IMG/VR virus record: IMGVR_UViG_3300045988_137377
Span: 1-32,052 of that record
From: a virus
Strand: one strand, 5' to 3'
Length of the DNA stretch: 32,052 bases
Shown: positions 24,113 through 31,661 of the stretch, one piece after another
Layout: each line of letters begins with the position of its first letter
Numbering within the stretch: position 1 is the first letter of the stretch
Notes under the pieces: generated by a model
The model's database searches: none
What the model was told of the DNA's origin: nothing
What the model saw: the letters and a program-made list of their open reading frames with translations, nothing else
Position numbers and translations under genes: made by a program

Positions 24113-24552
24113 TTCGCGCCTGCTCTCTGGTTCTGCATCTCACCACAAATAAGGTCGATAGACCCAAGCAGCGAACCAGCCATGATCTGCTTCACAGTGA
24201 AACGCTTACCTTGCATACCAGGAATATTAGACGCAGTGACAACGAGCACATGGTTACGCAAGCCTGTCCGTAGCTCCCACATACGCAAAGGCATCTGAAC
24301 CAGATAGTCACGTGTAGCTGCATCCTGAACCGAACCAGTCACATTATCCGCATACCGGTTCAACTCCTGAATACGACAAGTCACATCAGTAAACACGCGC
24401 TTCTCAACCACACCAGAAAGCGGTGCTTTAGGATTCACGGCAGCGGGCGCGAGCACATCAACCATAGCCGTCATGCCCTGCTCAACCACAGGTGCAAGAC
24501 GCAAAGACCAATCAGCAGGTACCACACGCTGCCTAGAAGTATAGCGAGCCAT
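24109..24552 (-). CDS. Head closure / head-tail joining protein (147 aa); start moved to ATG 24552
   Basis: MARYTSRQRV start. The ORF-track extension to 24786 (Cys/Arg/Leu-rich) overlaps the upstream gene in another frame. Confidence 0.5.
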   Translation of the reverse strand: MARYTSRQRVVPADWSLRLAPVVEQGMTAMVDVLAPAAVNPKAPLSGVVEKRVFTDVTCRIQELNRYADNVTGSVQDAATRDYLVQMPLRMWELRTGLRNHVLVVTASNIPGMQGKRFTVKQIMAGSLLGSIDLICGEMQNQRAGAK

Positions 24553-24925
24553 AGCGGCACTCTCCCATCGGCTCGAACCAGGCACCCACCATGGGGTCAC
24601 CCTCTTCATGGATACGGGTAGCCTCAGCATCCAACGCGTCAGCCTGCGCCCGCAACTCGGCAGCGACAGCCACACCATCAACAGATAAATCCTGTGTCGT
24701 GATCTTCTTGGACAGCAGGTTTTCATCTGTAGCCATGCGCCGCAGCAGGCGAGCCGCAACACGACGAACAGTAACCGCCTCGACACTAGCAGGCTCTAGA
24801 GACGCAAGAAGCTCTATGTCTCTGTCAGAGAAAATAGTTTCATGATCGTGTAACTGTTTATCATCGCTCGGTAAATCGTTTACCAGTAGGCGGATCGTGT
24901 AAATATCTTCTGCTGTCAGAGACAT
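24533..24925 (-). CDS. Head-tail connector protein (130 aa)
   Basis: First gene after the major capsid protein. Call is position-based. Confidence 0.45.
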   Translation of the reverse strand: MSLTAEDIYTIRLLVNDLPSDDKQLHDHETIFSDRDIELLASLEPASVEAVTVRRVAARLLRRMATDENLLSKKITTQDLSVDGVAVAAELRAQADALDAEATRIHEEGDPMVGAWFEPMGECRYGSLYF

Positions 24926-24949
24926 AGAGCCTCACCCCTCTAGTGTAGC

Positions 24950-26020
24950 TTACTTGGTGCCGTCAGACGCGTATGCAGCGTGCGCGAACACAGCGGCAGC
25001 GCCGGTGACGTGGCGACCACGGTAAGCGATAGTATCATCAGTGAAGCCACCTTCACGCGCATCAATGGTGCTGCCGGTCACGGAGATACCAGTGTTGTTG
25101 CTGATACGCAGGTCAGGGGTTTCATGCCCCACAAGGGTTGCGCGCTGGATAGCCGGGTTTGCCGAACCAGCAGCGGGCAGAAGGAACCAAGTAGTGTTCT
25201 TCGTGGTAACCTTCGGGTTCAGCTGTGCGAGCTGAGGCACAACAGCAATATCAATGTTGCTCGACAGGAAGTTAGCCGAAACGGTTTCGCTATTGCCCGA
25301 TTTGGTGCGGATTTCCTTAGCGCCCAGAATCTCGCGAGCCTGAACAGCGAGAGCAGAAGGTACAACCAGTACCATGCGCTCCACGTCGATGGCGGAGCCG
25401 TGCACACCGTCACGACCAGACACAGCAGCGTATGCTGCCTTCAAGTTCTCAAGCGATAGCGCCTTAGTGTCAGCCACGGACGCGCCAGAGAAGAATGCCT
25501 GATTAATGCCCTGCGCATCGAACAAGGTAGAGAACACTACCTTATCTTCCAGCTTTGCTGCACCAGCAGCTAGGCGCTTAGGAATCTGGGTTAGCTTATC
25601 CCAGTTTTTGTTTACAACGTCTTCCCACGTGAAGGGGAACACCCTACCATACTTGTCATTCTTGATCTGCACGGTTCCAGGCAGCAGGTCGGCAGCCTTG
25701 TACTCTTCCGCTTCATTGACATGCATATAGTCAATGTCACCTGCTAGGGTAGCCAGCGGGGTAGGATTAAAGGACGACAGGCGCGTGGTCTGTGCCACCT
25801 TCTGCCACTGTGTTTCGTAGCCACGGTACAGATCAAGTACTTCGTACTCAAAAGCGCGCCCAAGCAGTGCGGGGAAGTCGCTAGTAGTAAGCGCTTCCTG
25901 CAAGCGCGCCTGCGCACTGTATCCGCCCCGGATACCGTCACGGAGGATGGTGGCGGCTTCTGCTACGCGCTGGTTTGCGCCGGTGTCGCGTAGCTTCTCA
26001 TAGTTAAGAAATTCACTCAT
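24950..26020 (-). CDS. Major capsid protein (356 aa)
   Basis: Size, strong RBS (AGAAGGAAC), and position after the scaffold and decoration genes and before the connector genes. Confidence 0.75.
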   Translation of the reverse strand: MSEFLNYEKLRDTGANQRVAEAATILRDGIRGGYSAQARLQEALTTSDFPALLGRAFEYEVLDLYRGYETQWQKVAQTTRLSSFNPTPLATLAGDIDYMHVNEAEEYKAADLLPGTVQIKNDKYGRVFPFTWEDVVNKNWDKLTQIPKRLAAGAAKLEDKVVFSTLFDAQGINQAFFSGASVADTKALSLENLKAAYAAVSGRDGVHGSAIDVERMVLVVPSALAVQAREILGAKEIRTKSGNSETVSANFLSSNIDIAVVPQLAQLNPKVTTKNTTWFLLPAAGSANPAIQRATLVGHETPDLRISNNTGISVTGSTIDAREGGFTDDTIAYRGRHVTGAAAVFAHAAYASDGTK

Positions 26021-26039
26021 TATTTGGTTCCTTCTTGGT

Positions 26040-26366
26040 TTAGTCGAATGCTACGCCTACGGGTGCAACCTCAATAGTCGCACCAGCAGATGCGGAAGCC
26101 TGTAGTGCTACACCCCAAATCTTGCCTGCACCAGTGGTGAGCAAGCCATCAGTACCGAGCTTGACGATTGCGCCAGCCTGCACGGTTTCCTTCACGGGCA
26201 GGCGGTATGATCCGTTACGCCAGATAGTTACTTTCTGCCCTTGTTCTGCGGTAGTCATTGCTACACCAGCGATAGCGCCGATACGGACGGGTTTACCGGA
26301 CTCGTACTTTTTATCGGCAATGAGGGCGATGTGTTCGCCTTTGCCGTAGGATACGTTTGTAGCCAT
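26040..26366 (-). CDS. DUF2190-like head decoration / cement protein (108 aa)
   Basis: Small Gly/Ala/Val-rich beta-type protein directly upstream of the capsid gene (GKPVRIGAIAGVAMTTAEQGQKVTIW...GAIVKLGTDG). Confidence 0.5.
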   Translation of the reverse strand: MATNVSYGKGEHIALIADKKYESGKPVRIGAIAGVAMTTAEQGQKVTIWRNGSYRLPVKETVQAGAIVKLGTDGLLTTGAGKIWGVALQASASAGATIEVAPVGVAFD

Positions 26367-26370
26367 TATT

Positions 26371-27285
26371 CTATAGCCCCTTCATGATCGAAAGAATATC
26401 GTCCACAGTTGCAGACTGTGATTCCTGGACGTGAGCGCCCATACCGTAGACGGGAGATTGTGCAGACTTTGCAGCCAGCACCTCTTTGAGGGATTCCTGC
26501 ACACGAGTCTCGAATTCATCCCGGCTCAAGCCAGCTGCTGACTCTACAAGCATTTTGCGAGTCGTGGGCGCGTCCACGTTGCGGAATGCCTCAGCAACAA
26601 CAGCCTCAGCGTCTTTCTTCGCGCCCTCTGCTTCAAGCTCTTCTACTTTGGCTTTCAGTTCGTCGCGCTCTGCTTTCAGGTCTTCAACCTGCTTTTTCAG
26701 CTCGGTTACCTCGGGTGACTCAACCTTAGGTGCATCCTGTACGGGTGCTGCCGTCGGCTTAGTCACGGGTACGCCATCAGCTTCAACAATGTTCGCCATG
26801 CCGTCCACCTCTCTACTAGATTCCAGGACGGCAGTAATCTTCCCGCCGCGCCCCGGCTTCGTAACAAAATCAACAGAATCGACCTGCGTAATCTCTTTAA
26901 TCACCCGGTCTTTCCCAGGCGCCATTATACCAGACGCGTTAATAGACACGCCTATATACGGGGCACGCTCACGAATAAAGTCGCGGTACTCAGGAAAAAT
27001 CTTCGCACGACCAACCAGTGCGCCCGAATCATCAACAACAGGGCGACCATCAATAACACCAGCCAGCTCACGAATATCACCCTCAGGACGAGACGCACGC
27101 TCACTACCTGTCGCATGGTTCATATACATGTGCACAGGCGAATCCCAGATAGGCGACTCTGCAAGCTTCTTGATAGTCTCAGGCGGGTACTCGCCAGAAC
27201 TACCCTTACCCGGTGTAATGATAGTCACAGCCACCAGGGAGCCAGTCGGCTCACCATCAGCCTCAATCAAATGCACACTAGACAC
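26371..27285 (-). CDS. Capsid scaffolding protein (possibly a protease-scaffold fusion)
   Basis: C-terminal charged coiled coil (VTELKKQVEDLKAERDELKAKVEELEAEGAKK). Position between the MuF-like and capsid genes. Confidence 0.55.
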   Translation of the reverse strand: MSSVHLIEADGEPTGSLVAVTIITPGKGSSGEYPPETIKKLAESPIWDSPVHMYMNHATGSERASRPEGDIRELAGVIDGRPVVDDSGALVGRAKIFPEYRDFIRERAPYIGVSINASGIMAPGKDRVIKEITQVDSVDFVTKPGRGGKITAVLESSREVDGMANIVEADGVPVTKPTAAPVQDAPKVESPEVTELKKQVEDLKAERDELKAKVEELEAEGAKKDAEAVVAEAFRNVDAPTTRKMLVESAAGLSRDEFETRVQESLKEVLAAKSAQSPVYGMGAHVQESQSATVDDILSIMKGL

Positions 27286-28130
27286 TACTTCCTCCTAGCC
27301 AAAATGTCAGACAAATTACGTTGAGTCCAATACATAGACCCATCATACCAGCGGGCACGCCGCGACAAATCAGACCACGCAATAGACCCATCAGCCAGAC
27401 CTCGCACAACCTCCATACCTTGAGACGATGAAGCTACACCTGCTATAGCTTCTACCTGTGAATCGAAATCGAGTGAGTCGAACCACTCTCTACCCGAGTT
27501 ACGAGCGGTAATGTCAGGATACTGACTTAGAAGCGGTGCCATTACGCAGCGGCAGTTTGGGTGTGAGTGTAGTTCTCCGCTCATGTGTTTTTCGCCGTGG
27601 TGCATGATGCATGACCGGCATGTGTTTTTGTCGAGTTGTGCGACCCATTGCCAGCCTTGGTTTTGGATTTGTTGGGTGAGTGTTTGGGTGGTGCGTCGTG
27701 TGGCTTGTTGTGTGGCTAGGTTTATGCCTAGTGTGATGGCGGTGGCTATTTGTGTGATTTTGGTTTTTAGGCTAGTTATGTTGATTTTTTCTGGTTTGGG
27801 TGGTGGTGTGGGTTGGGGGAGTGTTTGTGTTGTGTAGTTTTGGAGGTGGTGGTGTGTGGTGGTGGTGGCTTGGTTGGCTGCTTGTTGTGCGGCTTGGTTG
27901 GTTTGGTGTTGGATGGTGGCTAGGGTGGTGGCGTATGTGGTTAGGGCGGCGGTCTGTTGTTTGTGTCGTGTGTGGCGTGGTGTGAGTGTGCCTAGTGCGG
28001 TGATGGATGCGAGTGTGGCGGTTAGGTTTTGGTGGTTTTGGTGTGCGGCGATGATGAGGGGTTGGGTGTGTTGGTTTTCTATTTGGGTGAGGTCTTGTTG
28101 TAGGTTTTGGGCGTATTCTTCTGGGGTCAT
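27285..28130 (-). CDS. Minor head protein, SPP1 gp7 / Mu F-like, with an extreme low-complexity T/Q/H/N/P/A N-terminal half
   Basis: WQWVAQLDKNTCRSCIMHHGEKH...HSHPNCRCV is the MuF/gp7 signature. ATGA overlap with the portal stop. Confidence 0.75.
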   Translation of the reverse strand: MTPEEYAQNLQQDLTQIENQHTQPLIIAAHQNHQNLTATLASITALGTLTPRHTRHKQQTAALTTYATTLATIQHQTNQAAQQAANQATTTTHHHLQNYTTQTLPQPTPPPKPEKINITSLKTKITQIATAITLGINLATQQATRRTTQTLTQQIQNQGWQWVAQLDKNTCRSCIMHHGEKHMSGELHSHPNCRCVMAPLLSQYPDITARNSGREWFDSLDFDSQVEAIAGVASSSQGMEVVRGLADGSIAWSDLSRRARWYDGSMYWTQRNLSDILARRK

Positions 28131-29533
28131 TTGATTTCTCCTGCGTATGCTGCGCGGATTAGTGCGTCGCCTGTGGTTTCGGTGGTGCGATGGATTTGTC
28201 CGTTTTCGTCGCGGAGTTGGTTTATTTTTTCGTCTGGGTCTGTGATTCCGAGTGCACGCATGGCGAGTAGTGCGGTTTGGTCTAGTGGGAGTATGCCGAG
28301 CTGGTCTGCTGTGGTGATTGCGTCTAGTTGTGCTTGGGTGGGTTCGGGTGTGATGTCGTCCCAGTGGAAGGTGATTGTGCGGGGTGCTTCTGCGGGTAGG
28401 TTACCTAGCGTGATTTGTGTGTCGATGATGTGGTTGATGATTGCGCGGTATGTTTCTTCCCAGGTGCGGCGGCGCGCTTCGATTTCGAGTTGTAGGGGGC
28501 GGTCGAGTGTTTCGGCTACTGCGCGGGCACCGGTTTGTCCTGGGTCTGCGAGTAGCATTGTGACGGGTACGCCTAGGGCGGCGGCGATCATGGCAGCTAA
28601 GGGTTTGCCTGATTCCGCGTCGATGGTCGCGCCCGTGTTTGGCATGGTGGTGATTTCTGCGTCTACTAGCCCTATTGCGCCGGGCTGTGTGGCTGTGGCG
28701 GCTTGCTGTATGGCGCGGCGTGCTTCTTGTACGGCGCGGGAGGTTTTGCCTGTGATGCGGTGGCTGATTTTACTGATGGCGCGCATGAGCCGCGCCCAAT
28801 CTTGCAGATAGTTCTTGTAGGCGCTGATCCAAGGTGAGGCTGCAAACAGGTCGGGTGTGCCTAGCAGGCTCATGGGGATGCGATTTACGGCATGGTGGTA
28901 GATGGGTGTATTCCAGTCTACGGGGATACCATCTAGCTCTGCATATTTATTCGCTGAATCGTATCCTATTGCGGGGTGCCATGTTTTGACAGTGTGTCCG
29001 TACTGGTAGTAGGAGCGCAGGTATAGGGCGGGGCGGGCGCTGTCTTCCTGCATTGGAAGAATTTTCTCGATATGCTCGATACCCTCGGTGCGCACAACAG
29101 CGCGTCCGGTAGCAGGATCAGTGAAAATCAGAAAGAAAATATTTCCGTCTGCCGCTTCCTGGGTTCCGATTGCCTGGTGTGCACTGTGCCCGGTTAGGGA
29201 GATGCGGTTATCCGGATCATCAAGGAAAGCCTGGATAATCTCGTTTACGCCTGACTCATCGTCGCAGGTGATGCCTATACCAGACCCGAAAACATATGAT
29301 GTGCGGATACTCACGCCGCGTTTACCTAGCGGGTCTGCAACGGCGAGCACGCGGCATGTCTCGGCGATATTCTGTACTCCAGACAGGGAGAACTCTGTTT
29401 CGGCGGCGGCCGCAATAGACCGCCACTCCGTATTTTGTGCCCATGCCTGTTCTAGATCGGCGATTGACTCTTGCAGGTCACGTGTCGCTTCTCGTAGCTC
29501 GCGGCGCTCACGGCGCGCATCAAAAATACCCAT
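28127..29533 (-). CDS. Portal protein (468 aa)
   Basis: Follows the large terminase. Size and sequence pattern (e.g. LGTPDLFAASPWISAYKNYL...GKPLAAMIAAALGVPVTMLL) are typical of SPP1-type portals. Confidence 0.85.
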   Translation of the reverse strand: MGIFDARRERRELREATRDLQESIADLEQAWAQNTEWRSIAAAAETEFSLSGVQNIAETCRVLAVADPLGKRGVSIRTSYVFGSGIGITCDDESGVNEIIQAFLDDPDNRISLTGHSAHQAIGTQEAADGNIFFLIFTDPATGRAVVRTEGIEHIEKILPMQEDSARPALYLRSYYQYGHTVKTWHPAIGYDSANKYAELDGIPVDWNTPIYHHAVNRIPMSLLGTPDLFAASPWISAYKNYLQDWARLMRAISKISHRITGKTSRAVQEARRAIQQAATATQPGAIGLVDAEITTMPNTGATIDAESGKPLAAMIAAALGVPVTMLLADPGQTGARAVAETLDRPLQLEIEARRRTWEETYRAIINHIIDTQITLGNLPAEAPRTITFHWDDITPEPTQAQLDAITTADQLGILPLDQTALLAMRALGITDPDEKINQLRDENGQIHRTTETTGDALIRAAYAGEIK

Positions 29534-30945
29534 CAGTATGCGTATCCTATCTCATAGTCGTTGTCGGTGTAATCCTGTACATCATCATACCCGCCGTATA
29601 TCGGGTGATGGTATATCTGATTTAGCGCCTGCGTCATAGCGTCCACAGTATCGTCGTGCGCACCAGCCGGGAATTGCCGCATTTCTGTTATGAGCTCTTC
29701 CACATTCGGCAAAAGCTGCGGGGTGGGGAATAGCACATTTTTCGCGTGAATGTACGCAGTAACTGCGTTAGCCCTAACAACCTTGCCGCCCTCAGGATTT
29801 ACCGGGATAATCCCCGGGACGCGAGATCGTAGAGAGTCGATTACGGCGGGGCCATTCGCCTTGTCCTCAACATATTTGATTGTTGCCTGCGGGTATTTAG
29901 CGGCCATAGCCTCGATGGCCTCACATGTGCGGGTGAAATTCATGCGCTCACGCACCATATCAACCAGGTACGCGGTGTTGCCCTCTGCGTACCAGGTTTG
30001 CCCTACCGCATAATCAGACCCTGTAGTGTCCTTAAACGTCAAATCCCAGGACTGCACGAGTATTCCGCTATTAGATACGCCGGGGAATGTGCGTGAGCCG
30101 TCTGGATTTTCTATCCAGATAGGTGCTGTGTAGCGCGCCAGATCATCAGATTTAGGGAATATGCCGCCTTCATCGGGCGCTGGTGTGCCCTGATACAGTG
30201 CCGCCCACGCCTGCGGGTTAGCATCGCGTTTACGTTTCTCCCAGTTCTCGCGAGACCTGCCGCGTGCACTAATCATGAACTCACCAGGTTCACGGCCTAG
30301 AATGTCAGTCTCACCGCGCGCTGGGTTGTGGTCTGCCTGGGCAGGAATACGTATATACTCCCATTCACCAGGTTGATTAGCCATTACCTGCCCTGCAAGG
30401 TCATTCTCATGCCAGCGAGTAAGGATCATAATTACGGGCGCACCTGGGGCTAGACGTGTGGACGCTGTGGAAGTCCACCACGACCAGGCGCGGCGCTGAT
30501 ACGCCTCCGAGCGGGCATCTTCCATACCACGCACAGGGTCATCGATAATCAGTACATCAGCAGGCTTACCAGTCATAGACCCGCCCACGCCGGTACAGAA
30601 AAGAGAGCCAGCATGTCCGCGTATATGCCAATAGTGAGCCGCTGACGAATCAGCTGCAAGCTCTATCTGCATTTTGTCGCCGTGCTCGCGTATGTCATTC
30701 CTGATCGTGCGCCCCCAGTCGGACGCGATAGCAGCCTGGTATGAGGCGATAATCACACGCTTATCGGGGTCTTTAGATAACACCCACTCTGTGAAGCGGC
30801 GTGTGGCGCGCTGGGATTTACCTTCCTGTGGTGGCATAGAAATAATCAACCTTGCATCAGGAGTGTTGTAGGCGCGCACAAGCGCCGCGTCAATAACATC
30901 AAGCGCTGGTGTCTGCACATTTTTAGGGTCTAGATCAGCCGCCAA
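29533..30945 (-). CDS. terL: Terminase large subunit (TTG start as called; true start uncertain)
   Basis: Walker A-like PPQEGKS, Walker B-like ADVLIIDDP, TRWHENDL coupling motif and a C-terminal nuclease-type region (VEDKANG...HDDTVDAM). Confidence 0.9.
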   Translation of the reverse strand: MAADLDPKNVQTPALDVIDAALVRAYNTPDARLIISMPPQEGKSQRATRRFTEWVLSKDPDKRVIIASYQAAIASDWGRTIRNDIREHGDKMQIELAADSSAAHYWHIRGHAGSLFCTGVGGSMTGKPADVLIIDDPVRGMEDARSEAYQRRAWSWWTSTASTRLAPGAPVIMILTRWHENDLAGQVMANQPGEWEYIRIPAQADHNPARGETDILGREPGEFMISARGRSRENWEKRKRDANPQAWAALYQGTPAPDEGGIFPKSDDLARYTAPIWIENPDGSRTFPGVSNSGILVQSWDLTFKDTTGSDYAVGQTWYAEGNTAYLVDMVRERMNFTRTCEAIEAMAAKYPQATIKYVEDKANGPAVIDSLRSRVPGIIPVNPEGGKVVRANAVTAYIHAKNVLFPTPQLLPNVEELITEMRQFPAGAHDDTVDAMTQALNQIYHHPIYGGYDDVQDYTDNDYEIGYAY

Positions 30946-31012
30946 TTCACCAGGTGTAGCCCATGATACTGTGCGTGGGGCTACCGCGCGCGCGAGTTCT
31001 GCGAAAAATATT

Positions 31013-31615
31013 TTACTCCCCCTGAGACTCTAGAGCATGTAGCTCAATAGCTAGCGTATTACGCACAGTATTTTCCTGCTCGCTAGTCAGCCCAGCAGAA
31101 GCCAGAGCGCGCGAAATAGCCGCCGAAATAGCAGAAACCTTAGCTGCCTCAATCTGCACTATCTTACCTGCAATATCGTGTTTCATAGCCATATCAAGGA
31201 ACTTAGCTGTGCGATCCATCGCCTCGCCATACAGCTGCACGGCGGCACGGATTTGTAGCGAGCCCTCTTCTGTGAAGTGCTCAATATTATGATTTAGCTC
31301 ATTCACCATACGTCCGAGAACATCCTTGAAATGGATTGCTTCAGTAGTAAGCCTCTGTAGCTCTATGAGCGGGTCTGTTACACGTGACTCGATAGGCACA
31401 TCAACCGCCAGCGCACCCACTTCACGGCGAACCTTTTCTTTTACCACATATCGCGCATAATTCAGCTTTGCAGCTTTTTTGATTTGCGGTGCAGAGCCGC
31501 CATGCTTACGGCACACAGTAGTACCTTTCACAGCGTAGCTTCGGCAAGGGTTCCCTGTCCTACGGCTAACCGCCGTACATTTCATGCCCTGGTACCATTC
31601 TTTTTTACTAGTCAT
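31013..31615 (-). CDS. terS: Terminase small subunit (200 aa); start moved to ATG 31615
   Basis: GGAGGT lies 7 nt upstream of MTSKKEW. The N-terminal Cys/His motif CTAVSRRTGNPCRSYAVKGTTVCRKHGGSAP is common in actinophage small terminases. Immediately upstream of terL. Confidence 0.6.
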   Translation of the reverse strand: MTSKKEWYQGMKCTAVSRRTGNPCRSYAVKGTTVCRKHGGSAPQIKKAAKLNYARYVVKEKVRREVGALAVDVPIESRVTDPLIELQRLTTEAIHFKDVLGRMVNELNHNIEHFTEEGSLQIRAAVQLYGEAMDRTAKFLDMAMKHDIAGKIVQIEAAKVSAISAAISRALASAGLTSEQENTVRNTLAIELHALESQGE

Positions 31616-31619
31616 AATG

Positions 31620-31650
31620 TAACCTCCATGCATATTATACCTGGAGGTTA
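31620..31650 (-). promoter_or_regulatory. 9-bp-arm hairpin (TAACCTCCA/TGGAGGTTA) that pairs the terS Shine-Dalgarno; the loop contains TATAAT
   Basis: Minus-sense reading is TAACCTCCAGGTATAATATGCATGGAGGTTACATTATG. The right arm contains the GGAGGT RBS. Confidence 0.5.
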
Positions 31651-31661
31651 CAACTGGTTGT

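Noticed and set aside
24926-24950. Sequence upstream of the connector gene (cctcacccctctagtgtagc) shares short words with the early cassettes
   Set aside because: Only two short words (GGGGTGA and ACACTAGAG in mRNA sense) are shared, and they are in the wrong order. There is no inverted repeat and no -35/-10 spacing. It most likely reflects the RBS region and chance.
27660-28125. The adenine-depleted tract could be a diversity-generating retroelement variable region
   Set aside because: No reverse transcriptase gene is present, and I could not find a template-repeat copy of the tract elsewhere in the window. The depletion affects A and C on one strand, which is not the adenine-specific TR/VR mismatch pattern.
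26486-28811. Plus-strand ORFs opposite the scaffold, MuF-like and portal genes (26486-27298, 27583-28134 set, 28107-28811)
   Set aside because: These are shadow frames. The 27583-28134 set (Trp/Val/Gly/Cys-rich) is simply the translation of the G+T-only strand. Minus-strand genes here have family motifs and ATGA or 1-nt start/stop coupling.
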